Below the pieces are notes generated by a model. The model did not search any database. It was not told the DNA's origin and saw nothing but the letters and a program-made list of their open reading frames with translations. A program made the translations under genes and the position numbers. Below, in pieces: positions 1 through 8,451 of a stretch of DNA of 25,456 nucleotides. This stretch comes from Planctomycetota bacterium (lineage in GTDB: Bacteria > Planctomycetota > UBA1135), in the NCBI GenBank assembly GCA_045047305.1, contig JASFYO010000020.1, positions 1 through 25,456 of the forward strand, read 5' to 3'. Each line of letters starts with the position of its first letter. The stretch's first letter is position 1.

Positions 1-266
1 TCTCGGGGACGCCATCCTTTCGGCCTTCTTCGCACGGGTGCGAAAGGCCTACAGGATGCCAACCCCGTGAGTCTTCTTTGGCGGAGGTGGAGCTCGCTGC
101 AGAAGCCCCGCTTGAGGGTGCCTTGATATCCCAAGGTGTTCTCTCTAGGGAACATCCTTGCGGGAATGAATGAACCATGAGTGGCATGGGGATTGCAGGA
201 TAATCCCTATGCAAATAGGCATCTCTTTTCCAAACAATCATGCTCCTGGCCGTGAAGTGATATCCC

Positions 267-284
267 AGGAGGAGAAATCCTCCT
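267..284 (+). promoter_or_regulatory. Hairpin AGGAGGA-GAAA-TCCTCCT pairing a Shine-Dalgarno-like sequence
   Basis: Perfect 7-bp stem with GNRA tetraloop ending 2 nt before ATG 287. Confidence 0.5.
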
Positions 285-286
285 CG

Positions 287-1999
287 ATGACGATTCTCCT
301 GAAGTGTCTCATTGCAACGGCTTGCTTCATGCTTGTAGATAGTTCCGCGATTGCACAGGCGGGCGGCGGGTATGCAAACCTCTATCAGTGGAATGGGGCA
401 GCGATGGATGATCACTTTGGGGTATCCGTCTCCAATGCAGGTGATTTAGATGGCGATGGATTTGCTGACATCTTGATCGGGGCGCATCGGGCTGATCCAA
501 GCGGACTGGTGAACGGTGGCTCAGCTTATGCGTATTCTGGAATCGACGGCTCCCTCCTCTATGTTTGGTCTGCTCCTGGTGCCGGCGACTTATTTGCTAG
601 TTCCGTTTCTGCCGCAGGCGACTTGAATGGTGATGGCTTTGATGACGTCCTTATTGGGGCCACTGGAACAGATAATGGATCCGCCTCGTCAGCTGGAGCC
701 GTTTACGCCTATTCCGGTTTTGACGGATCTCTTCTCTATTTATGGAATGGCGTTGAGGCCGGAGGGCTATTTGGTGAGTCCATTGCAGCCGCAGGAGACG
801 TAAACGGAGATGGATTTGATGACGTAATCGTTGGCGCAATCTGGGTAGATTCTCCTTCTCTCACTCAAGCTGGCTCGGTGTACTTATATTCCGGCATCGA
901 TGGGTCCCTGCTTTTTCAATGGTTTGGCCGCGCTTCCGGCACTCGGTTTGGTGTTTCCGTCGCTGGTAATCTTGATTTAGATCAAGATGGAGTGATGGAT
1001 GTTCTCGTAGGTGCTTCCGCAGCAGCATCTGGTTTAACAAGCGCGGAAGGTGCAGTCTTTGCCTACTCCGGAGCTACTGGGGCTCTGCTCTTCCAAGTTT
1101 ATGGTGACGATGGTGGAGGCGGATTTGGAACGTCTATTTCTAATGCAGGCGATGCAAATGGAGATGGAATCAATGACTTTGTTGTGGGCGGCCCCTTTGT
1201 TGACTCGGCGTCAGTCAATTCCTCTGGTGCTGCCTATCTCTTTTCTGGCGCAACTGGAGACAAGATGTTTGAATGGTTCGGGGGGCAATACTTTGATTAT
1301 TTTGGATGGTCGGTTGCGGGAGCAGGCGATGTCAATGGAGATGGTTTCTCCGATATTATTGTTGGCGCAAAGTACTCAGACTTCGGGGGGCTCGGAAACT
1401 CTGGTTCCGCATTCGCCTTTTCCGGATTTGATGGCGCTCTTCTTCAACGTTGGAACGGCGAGGCACGTCTAGATGAGTTTGGCGTTTCTGTTTCGGGGGC
1501 TGGAGATATGAACGGAGATGGATTTGATGAAGTCCTTGTGGGCGCTTGGTATGCAGACCCAGGGGCTCGCTTTTATTCCGGATCGGCCTATTCCTTTACA
1601 TTTATTCCCTACTTGACCCAGAGCGCATCCACAATTTCTGTTGCCACTGGCGGCACGATTTCAATGAACTTGGATTTCCCCTCCGACTCAAGTTTCCTCG
1701 CTTATAGAGTTTTGTTTTCAGAAAGCGGGACAGGGCCAACGACCTATGGTGTGGCGATTCCATTGACCTCCGATGCCCTGGTGCGGGACACATTTCGAGG
1801 CGTCTATCCCTTTGCCACCTACTCTTCCTTGCAGGGCATGCTTGACAGCAATGGAGATGCGGCAGCAAGCTTTCAGGTTCCTGGTGGTTTGAGTCCCAGC
1901 CTAATCGGGCGCGTGTTTTATGCTGCCGCCGTGGCAATCCCTGTTGGTCAACTTCCGTCGGTAAGTTCAGCCCCAATATCCTTCACGTTGGTCCCGTAG
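287..1999 (+). CDS. Secreted FG-GAP (integrin-alpha-like) 7-repeat beta-propeller protein with shared C-terminal domain
   Basis: Seven repeats of the form FGxSVxxAGDxNGDGFxDxxxGA (Ca-binding DxDxDG loops). Start moved from 170 to ATG 287 because a signal peptide follows (MTILLKCLIATACFMLVDSSAIA|Q) and AGGAGGA lies at 267-273. Non-repeat C-terminal domain at about 1601-1999. Confidence 0.9.
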   Translation: MTILLKCLIATACFMLVDSSAIAQAGGGYANLYQWNGAAMDDHFGVSVSNAGDLDGDGFADILIGAHRADPSGLVNGGSAYAYSGIDGSLLYVWSAPGAGDLFASSVSAAGDLNGDGFDDVLIGATGTDNGSASSAGAVYAYSGFDGSLLYLWNGVEAGGLFGESIAAAGDVNGDGFDDVIVGAIWVDSPSLTQAGSVYLYSGIDGSLLFQWFGRASGTRFGVSVAGNLDLDQDGVMDVLVGASAAASGLTSAEGAVFAYSGATGALLFQVYGDDGGGGFGTSISNAGDANGDGINDFVVGGPFVDSASVNSSGAAYLFSGATGDKMFEWFGGQYFDYFGWSVAGAGDVNGDGFSDIIVGAKYSDFGGLGNSGSAFAFSGFDGALLQRWNGEARLDEFGVSVSGAGDMNGDGFDEVLVGAWYADPGARFYSGSAYSFTFIPYLTQSASTISVATGGTISMNLDFPSDSSFLAYRVLFSESGTGPTTYGVAIPLTSDALVRDTFRGVYPFATYSSLQGMLDSNGDAAASFQVPGGLSPSLIGRVFYAAAVAIPVGQLPSVSSAPISFTLVP

Positions 2000-2139
2000 G
2001 CGTGGAATGAAGCGAAGGCGTAACCCTAGTAGACGCGTCACTCTGCTTAACTATGCATGCCAAGCAGCAAAGCTAGACCCGGCATAGTTAGCACTGGTCA
2101 TCAGCCATCCCCCGAATTCCACACAGAGGGTTTCTAGGG

Positions 2140-2145
2140 TAAAGT
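2140..2145 (+). promoter_or_regulatory. Putative -10 element (leaderless promoter)
   Basis: TAAAGT, 6 nt before GTG 2152; no SD in between. Confidence 0.55.
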
Positions 2146-2151
2146 TACCGG

Positions 2152-3852
2152 GTGCCGAAATCCCCACAGCCCTTTCATCCCAGGCATTTGGCCGCCTTAT
2201 GCGCCTACCTGTTTCTCGCGCTCCCTCTTGTTGCACAAACAGAAGGGGGTGAAATGGAAACTCTGTGGCAGTGGAATGGAACTGCGCCGGGAGATAATTT
2301 TGGCTACACCACTGCGGCCGCGGGCGACGTTAATGCCGATGGCGTGGTAGACGTCATCATCGGTGCATGGGGCGCTTCACCCTCCGGCATCAATAAGGCC
2401 GGATCAGTATTTGTTTACTCAGGAAGCGACGGCAGTCTGCTTCACCGCTGGGATGGATATGCTGCGAATGACGCCCTCGGCAAAACTGTGTGTTCGGTAG
2501 GTGATGTCAATGGCGATGGTCACGCTGACTTGCTCATGGGCGCGGTCGGCGCGAACCCCAATAATTTGGAAGATGCTGGCACTGTCATTCTTTGCTCCGG
2601 CGCTGATGGATCTCTTTTGCGTAAATGGAATGGGCAAGCTCCATTCGATTCTCTTGGCGCCGCGGTTTCAGGAATCGCCGACCTCGATGGCGATGGAACT
2701 GCCGACGTCATCGTAAGTGCACCTGGAAGCGGTATGGTTTATGCCTTTTCTACGGTGACGGGCGCGCCAATCTATCAGTGGAATGCGCAGGTAAGCAATG
2801 ATGGTTTTGGCGTTTCAGTAAACGCTGCCGGCGACGTGAATCAAGATGGCAGTGAAGATATTTTGATAGGCGCTTATCATGCAGGAACTGCCGCTGCGAA
2901 AGGAGTGGCCTATCTATATTCTGGCGCCGACGGCTTTTTGCTTTACCGCTGGAAGGGCCTGAAGCAAGGGGATCATTTCGGGCATGCGGTCACTGCAGCT
3001 GGAGACCTCAACGATGATGGCTATCCAGATATTGCGATTGGCGCACCTTTTGCCGATCCTGGTGGTCGCATTTCCGCTGGATCGGCGTATGCCTTTTCGG
3101 GCTTCAACGGTTCTTTGATTTATCAATGGGATGGTGAGGAGGTTGGAGAACAACTGGGCTATGCGATATCGGAAGCCGGCGATGTCGATGGGGATGGCCA
3201 TCCCGATGTCATTGTGGGCTCCTATCTTGCGGATAAGGCCAACCTCGAAGATGCAGGTAAATTCACTATCTTCTCTGGTCTCGACGGCACTGATTTACTC
3301 CATCGCCGTGGGCAGGAGGAACGCATCCGTTTGGGCAATTCCGTAGCTGCTATCGGCGACGTGAATCAAGATGGGCGCGATGACGTGGTCGTAGGCATTT
3401 ACCATTTCGATGTGAATGGTCAATCTGCCGCAGGTTCTGCCATCGTGCTTGGCTTTAATCCGTTCATTGAAGTCAATACGCGTATGGTGTCAGCGTCTGC
3501 AGGTGGGTTGCTTCGCTTTGGCCTGAAATTCCCGACCTCTGCTAAGAATGAAAACTATAAAATTTTGGTTTCTCGAAGCGGCATTGGACCGACTATGTTC
3601 GGGGTGAACATCCCTTTGACTGTAGATCCGTTGACCAAGAGTACCTATCTTGGGAATTATCCAGTCAGTGCATCGACTGAGCTCCAAGGCCAGTTAAATG
3701 CACGCGCACGAGGCTTTGCCACCATGACGATTCAAGCGGGTCTGCCTGCGGCTGCTATCGGTCAAACCTTTTGGGTGGCAGCGATTGTGGAACCGGCGGG
3801 GGAGTTGCCGCAACACACATCGATTGTGATTCCAATCACTGTGGTTCCATAG
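2152..3852 (+). CDS. Secreted FG-GAP 7-repeat beta-propeller protein with shared C-terminal domain
   Basis: Signal peptide (...LAALCAYLFLALPLVA|QTEGG), seven GD(V/L)(N/D)xDG-type repeats, C-terminal domain at about 3454-3852 clearly paralogous to that of the 287..1999 protein. Confidence 0.9.
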   Translation: MPKSPQPFHPRHLAALCAYLFLALPLVAQTEGGEMETLWQWNGTAPGDNFGYTTAAAGDVNADGVVDVIIGAWGASPSGINKAGSVFVYSGSDGSLLHRWDGYAANDALGKTVCSVGDVNGDGHADLLMGAVGANPNNLEDAGTVILCSGADGSLLRKWNGQAPFDSLGAAVSGIADLDGDGTADVIVSAPGSGMVYAFSTVTGAPIYQWNAQVSNDGFGVSVNAAGDVNQDGSEDILIGAYHAGTAAAKGVAYLYSGADGFLLYRWKGLKQGDHFGHAVTAAGDLNDDGYPDIAIGAPFADPGGRISAGSAYAFSGFNGSLIYQWDGEEVGEQLGYAISEAGDVDGDGHPDVIVGSYLADKANLEDAGKFTIFSGLDGTDLLHRRGQEERIRLGNSVAAIGDVNQDGRDDVVVGIYHFDVNGQSAAGSAIVLGFNPFIEVNTRMVSASAGGLLRFGLKFPTSAKNENYKILVSRSGIGPTMFGVNIPLTVDPLTKSTYLGNYPVSASTELQGQLNARARGFATMTIQAGLPAAAIGQTFWVAAIVEPAGELPQHTSIVIPITVVP

Positions 3853-3866
3853 TTTTAAGATAGAGA

Positions 3867-3872
3867 TATCAT
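3867..3872 (+). promoter_or_regulatory. Putative -10 element (leaderless promoter)
   Basis: TATCAT, 7 nt before GTG 3880. Confidence 0.55.
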
Positions 3873-3879
3873 CTCCAAG

Positions 3880-4854
3880 GTGCGCATCTGCCTGCTCACC
3901 AATCAAGACCTCGACGGCGACGACTTCCCTGAAGACGATTGGCCGTGTGATCCCCGACCTTTTTTACCTAAGGACGAGTGGGTGGTGGCCCCGTTGTTTG
4001 AAAGCAAAACATCGGTGCGGAAAGTAGAAGCTTTGATTCGCCAAGGTTTCGATTTGTTCTTCAACCTTTGCGATGGCCCACTCGGTTATGGAGATCCAGG
4101 GATCGAAGTCGTGCGTACGCTAGAAAAGCACGGTGTTCCATTTACTGGAGCGAGCTCTAAGTTTTTTGAACCGACTCGATTACAGATGAAGGCTGCATGC
4201 AAGAAGCTTGGCATTGCGACCCCAAAGGGAGTGGTGGTACGCAGTGAAGACGATCTAGAAAAGGCAGTTCAAGCCTTACGTTTTCCGATGTTCGTGAAGT
4301 ATTACAGCAGTTATGCAAGCGTTGATATTAGCCGTAACTCACGAGTGCAAACGGAAGCAGGCCTAAGGCGTCAGGTGCGAAAGATTTTGTCTAAGCACAA
4401 AGCGGCATTGGTGGAGGAGTATATCGGGGGCACGGAATGTACCGTTTTGGTGGCGGAGAATCCCAAAGACCCTAAAAACCCGACTACCTACACTCCGGTG
4501 CAATATGAATTCCCGGAAGGAGAATCGTTTAAACACGAAAATTTGAAGTGGGTAGATTTCGAAGGCATGAAGGCTTTCCCAGTGGAGGACCCTGCGCTTG
4601 ATAAGCGATTACGCGATGAATCCGCGCGTTTCTTTACCGAGTTGCACGGCGCGAGTTATGGACGCTGCGACATCCGTGTTTCTGAAGATGGCATCCCGCA
4701 CATGTTGGAAATTAATCCCAACTGCGGCATCTATTTCGAGGAGAAGGATTACGGTAGTGCCGATTTATGCCTATCTCTCGATTCCTCTGGGCATGAAGGA
4801 TTCACCCAACAGTTAGTTAAGGCTGCTTTTGCCCGCGCAAAGAAGCGCCGGTAA
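3880..4854 (+). CDS. ATP-grasp enzyme, D-Ala-D-Ala ligase-like family
   Basis: FNLCDG, GVPFTGA, FPMFVK, LVEEYIGGTECTV, YGRCDIR and LEINPNCG are ATP-grasp/Ddl C-terminal motifs. The canonical Ddl N-terminal GGxSxE motif is absent, so substrate is uncertain. Confidence 0.8.
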   Translation: MRICLLTNQDLDGDDFPEDDWPCDPRPFLPKDEWVVAPLFESKTSVRKVEALIRQGFDLFFNLCDGPLGYGDPGIEVVRTLEKHGVPFTGASSKFFEPTRLQMKAACKKLGIATPKGVVVRSEDDLEKAVQALRFPMFVKYYSSYASVDISRNSRVQTEAGLRRQVRKILSKHKAALVEEYIGGTECTVLVAENPKDPKNPTTYTPVQYEFPEGESFKHENLKWVDFEGMKAFPVEDPALDKRLRDESARFFTELHGASYGRCDIRVSEDGIPHMLEINPNCGIYFEEKDYGSADLCLSLDSSGHEGFTQQLVKAAFARAKKRR

Positions 4855-5728
4855 TCCACATGCCGCGTTGCGCGATTTCGAAACCCTGACTACGCACCAA
4901 GATCGCCTCTTCGGAATCCTTCACCCATAATGGGTTGGTGTGGTTGAGGTGAATGAATATCACCTGCAGCGCTTTCCTATGCACAAGTGGCCTTAGTAAT
5001 GCCATGGTGCTTGGCACTCGTGGATGTGGAATCACAGACATGTCGCGTCCTGGCAATTCTGAATCGTCAAAGAAGGTCGCATCTAAAATCGCTACGTCAT
5101 GCACACTTGCTAATCGTTCCAATTGTCCCCAGGGCTGCCAGGCATCGATATCGGGGATGAATAGGGTTTTGAATCCGTTTACCTCGATGGAAAAACCAAA
5201 GGTGTCGGAGAATTCCTCGCGATGGGGAACGGAATAGGGTCGAAAGATTATGCCTGGGATGGGAGTGAACGCGACCTCGTCCTTAAATACATGGAGTTCG
5301 ATATTGCCGAGCTCAACCAGTTGACTCCAGGGGCCGTTGCCGCGCAAAAACGAAGCCATACGTGCACTGCACCAAACTGGCATGTGATCTGCCGACATTA
5401 CCTCGCGGCCTAAGTGGATGAGTCCGGTGTAGTGGCCAACGTGGGCATGCGTGAGGACGATGGCGCTTGGTAGGCTTCCTGTCTCCCGGATTTGCGCCGC
5501 CATATCAGGGGTTGCATCTACAAGGACCCAATGCCCTGCGTGCGCAACCTGTAAGGCAACCACGCGTTTCGGCTCTTGGCTGTCGGTGCAACAGGTTTTG
5601 GTGCATCCGAGTTGCGGCCGTCCACCATCTTGCGCTACTCCCAAAACCCGAATGCCGCTGTCCGCAGAAGGACTGACGAGACTACAACTTGTAAGCAGCC
5701 AAAGGGAAGCATAGAAGGGCAGTCTCAT
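4817..5728 (-). CDS. PqqB-like metallo-beta-lactamase-fold hydrolase, probable lipoprotein
   Basis: LGVAQDGGRPQLGCxxxCC, LVDATPD, LTHAHVGH, VPHREE, DATF, PHP and IHLNHTNP motifs; lipobox LTSC at residues 12-15. 3' end overlaps the convergent ATP-grasp gene by 38 bp. Confidence 0.8.
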   Translation of the reverse strand: MRLPFYASLWLLTSCSLVSPSADSGIRVLGVAQDGGRPQLGCTKTCCTDSQEPKRVVALQVAHAGHWVLVDATPDMAAQIRETGSLPSAIVLTHAHVGHYTGLIHLGREVMSADHMPVWCSARMASFLRGNGPWSQLVELGNIELHVFKDEVAFTPIPGIIFRPYSVPHREEFSDTFGFSIEVNGFKTLFIPDIDAWQPWGQLERLASVHDVAILDATFFDDSELPGRDMSVIPHPRVPSTMALLRPLVHRKALQVIFIHLNHTNPLWVKDSEEAILVRSQGFEIAQRGMWITGASLRGQKQP

Positions 5729-6042
5729 TCTTGTGCACCATCCCTTTGCGCAAGGTGTTGGATGGCAGTGTTGGCCTCGACCGCGAATTGAATTGCCGGC
5801 ACATTCTCAAAGGCCTTCCACGATTCCAAATCCTTCTCTCTACGAGTGCCGACATAAACGAAAGAACCTGATTCCGCCAATAGCTCGCTGGTCATGCGGC
5901 CAATCCCAATGCTTGCGGCGGTCACGAGATTAGCTTCGCGCTCCACATCATCTTGGGATGGTGCTAGCTCCTGCACTCCCAGATTAGATTCCCAGGCTAG
6001 TAGCAGAATTACGTAAAGGCTCTGGGCGGGGCGGCAATGCAT
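5725..6042 (-). pseudogene. Truncated short-chain dehydrogenase/reductase (SDR) remnant
   Basis: ANLVTAASIGIGRMTSELLAESGSFVYVGTRREKDL...ENVPAIQFAV matches the SDR Rossmann start (VTGxxxGIG, degenerate here). The frame ends after about 105 aa with no NNAG or YxxxK. Its stop overlaps the next start (ATGA, 5725-5728). Confidence 0.65.
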
Positions 6043-6240
6043 GCAGGAGCCTAGCGCCAAGCATAAGCGATGTTGGTGTTATCTTTGGCATACTCAGGCT
6101 GGGTACCTCAAGCTAGAGGCAAGGCCTGTAGGGGGGGGCTGTGACAGCCCGTTAATGCCGCAGTGGCAAAACAAGCAAATTGGAGACTGGCATTCGCTAT
6201 TTCTGCTATTTAGCAGTATCAAGGAAAGATGGGTTGGATT

Positions 6241-6246
6241 TAGAAT
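6241..6246 (+). promoter_or_regulatory. Putative -10 element (leaderless promoter)
   Basis: TAGAAT, 6 nt before GTG 6253. Confidence 0.6.
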
Positions 6247-6252
6247 CCTGCT

Positions 6253-7446
6253 GTGACCACCGTGACATCCCCTTTCCTGAAGTACGTGCCTCCGATGGGC
6301 ATCTACCAAACCCTGTACGCATTCCTGGATTCTTTCGGAACGTACATGGGGGAACCGGGGACGCATCCTTGGAGCCAGGGTTTCCCGCGCACGGTGCAGT
6401 TGCCGGGTGGTCCGGAAATGCCTACAAGTGTTTCACTGACGGCGGAAGACTTTATGTACCCAAAGGCTTACGGCTCGCCCAAGCTGCGCGACGCGATTGC
6501 CGATTATTACAATCGCTACTACGGATGTTCGATTGAAGCGGAAAACGTAATGGTCTTTGCTGGCGGACGACCAGCCCTGGTGGCCACTCTCATGTTCCAG
6601 CATGAAGATGTGGATGTGCGCATTGCATCGACCGAGTACACCCCTTACTACGACATGCTGTGTTTACTCGGCCGCAAGTATTCCCTAGTGGAGAGTCATG
6701 AGGCCAACGGGTTTCATCCGAGTACAGCGGATTACATCGGCGAGGGGCATGGCCGCAAACTCATCATGTTGAGTAATCCATGTAACCCGACCGGCATCAC
6801 CCGTGATGGGGATGAGTTGGAGGCCATGGTGCGCGCCGCTGAAGCGGAAAATGTTGCAGTGCTCGTGGATGAGGCTTATGAAATGTTCCATGAGCCTCCC
6901 GTGAGTGCGCTGCGCTATGTCAAAGACATCAATAGCAGTAATCTTTTTGTTGCCGGTGCCGCAACCAAAGGATTGCAGGCTCCTGGCATCCGGGTTGGCT
7001 GGATGATTGCCTCGAAGGACAACATTGAAGTTCTGAGTAACTTCTCATCCTTTGGTATGGGTGGGGTTTCGCATCCGTCGCAACTGTTCGCTTTGGAATT
7101 ACTGAAAAAGGAGCGGGTAGAGCAAGCGCGGATTGCAGTTCCAACCTACTATCGTGAACAACGTGACCGTTATGGAGAAGCCTTTGAGAGGCTAGGCTTG
7201 GAGTTGTACTCCGGAAATGGAGGGTTCTACCATTGGTGTAAGCTGCCAGGCGCGCTGACTGGGGAGCAACTCAATCAAAGGTTGTTCCAAGACGGTGCTG
7301 CGATCCTGAAAGGCACAGATTGCGACATGGCCCGGCGCGGCGATGATTCCCCATTGAATCACTTCATGCGTTTTTCCTTCGGCCCTCTGGCGCCAGAGTC
7401 ATTCGACTCTGACATCCAGATTTTATCCAAAGCCTTAAACGGTTAA
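6253..7446 (+). CDS. PLP-dependent aminotransferase, class I/II
   Basis: YGSPKLRDAIADYY, NPCNPTG, DEAY, ATKGLQAPGIRVGW (PLP lysine) and terminal MRFSF motifs; 397 aa. Confidence 0.9.
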   Translation: MTTVTSPFLKYVPPMGIYQTLYAFLDSFGTYMGEPGTHPWSQGFPRTVQLPGGPEMPTSVSLTAEDFMYPKAYGSPKLRDAIADYYNRYYGCSIEAENVMVFAGGRPALVATLMFQHEDVDVRIASTEYTPYYDMLCLLGRKYSLVESHEANGFHPSTADYIGEGHGRKLIMLSNPCNPTGITRDGDELEAMVRAAEAENVAVLVDEAYEMFHEPPVSALRYVKDINSSNLFVAGAATKGLQAPGIRVGWMIASKDNIEVLSNFSSFGMGGVSHPSQLFALELLKKERVEQARIAVPTYYREQRDRYGEAFERLGLELYSGNGGFYHWCKLPGALTGEQLNQRLFQDGAAILKGTDCDMARRGDDSPLNHFMRFSFGPLAPESFDSDIQILSKALNG

Positions 7447-8447
7447 CTAACGTCCCAAGTGTCGCCTGCATGCAGCAGGTTTTCCAAGGTGCCTTCACCA
7501 AGCTTGGCGGTGACGTCCTTCACTTGCTGGGTAATGGCTTCATCCAAAGTCGGGCGATCCACCTGACGGAAGATGCCAATCGGTACAGGCAATTCGTCGT
7601 TTTCCGAACCTTGGCAGATGCGGTAAGCATTAGCACCGGTTGGGCCATCGGATTTCCAAATGGTGGCTTCTTCTGGAGTGCAAATCTCGATATCACTTGG
7701 GGTGAAACGTAAACCCTTGTCCATTTCTTTGCCGAAGACCAACGGTTGCCCTGGACGCAAATCTACTTGGCGGTCATCGCGAATGCTCTTCTCGGTGATG
7801 TGATCAAAGCACTTGTCATTGAAAATCACACAGTTCTGTAGAATCTCCACGAATGCAAATCCCTTATGCGCATGCGCAGCCTCGAGGATGCCTTTGAGGT
7901 GCTTGATTTGGGTATCAACGGTCCGCGCCACAAAGCTCGCACCGGCACCCAAAGCGAGAGCCAATGGGTTGAAGGGGGCATCTAGCGAGCCGTAGGGTGA
8001 AGACGCAGTGATTTTCCCCGGGACCGTGGTTGGCGAGTACTGCCCCTTGGTTAATCCGTAGATGCGGTTGTTGAACAACAACACCTTGATGTCCATGTTG
8101 CGTCGCATGGCGTGAATCAGGTGATTACCGCCAATCGAAAGGGCGTCGCCGTCGCCGGTGATCACCCAAACGTGCAAGTCTGGATTCGCAATTTTCACCC
8201 CGGATGCCAGCGCTGGTGCGCGACCATGAATGGTGTGAAAACCAAAGGTGTTCATGTAATAAGGGAAACGGCTAGAACAGCCGATGCCCGAAATTACTGC
8301 GAACTGCTCTTTGGGAATGCCAAAACCTGCAAAGGTTTGTTGCACGGCGTTGAGGATTGCATAGTCACCGCAACCAGGGCACCAACGCACCTCTTGGTCG
8401 GAAACAAAATCCTTCTTCTTGTAGGTAGGAGTTTCGGTAGTAGCCAT
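7443..8447 (-). CDS. korB: 2-oxoacid:ferredoxin oxidoreductase beta subunit
   Basis: WCPGCGD, SGIGCSS, HGR, TPP-binding GDGD...NN and YGLTKGQYSPT motifs; 4 nt downstream of the alpha subunit gene. Confidence 0.95.
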   Translation of the reverse strand: MATTETPTYKKKDFVSDQEVRWCPGCGDYAILNAVQQTFAGFGIPKEQFAVISGIGCSSRFPYYMNTFGFHTIHGRAPALASGVKIANPDLHVWVITGDGDALSIGGNHLIHAMRRNMDIKVLLFNNRIYGLTKGQYSPTTVPGKITASSPYGSLDAPFNPLALALGAGASFVARTVDTQIKHLKGILEAAHAHKGFAFVEILQNCVIFNDKCFDHITEKSIRDDRQVDLRPGQPLVFGKEMDKGLRFTPSDIEICTPEEATIWKSDGPTGANAYRICQGSENDELPVPIGIFRQVDRPTLDEAITQQVKDVTAKLGEGTLENLLHAGDTWDVS

Positions 8448-8451
8448 GACT

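Noticed and set aside
79..100. Minus-strand ...CTCCGCCA resembling a tRNA 3' end
   Set aside because: No TTCGA T-loop or cloverleaf upstream.
170..286. N-terminal extension of the first ORF (start at 170)
   Set aside because: It would bury the signal peptide 39 residues in; paralogs start directly with the signal peptide.
400..3400. Periodic DNA similarity suggesting a tandem repeat array or CRISPR
   Set aside because: Explained by protein-level FG-GAP repeats with diverged codons; there are no identical repeats with unique spacers.
7443..7446. Convergent genes sharing a TTAA for both stop codons
   Set aside because: Real, but a common compact-genome arrangement that needs no special explanation.
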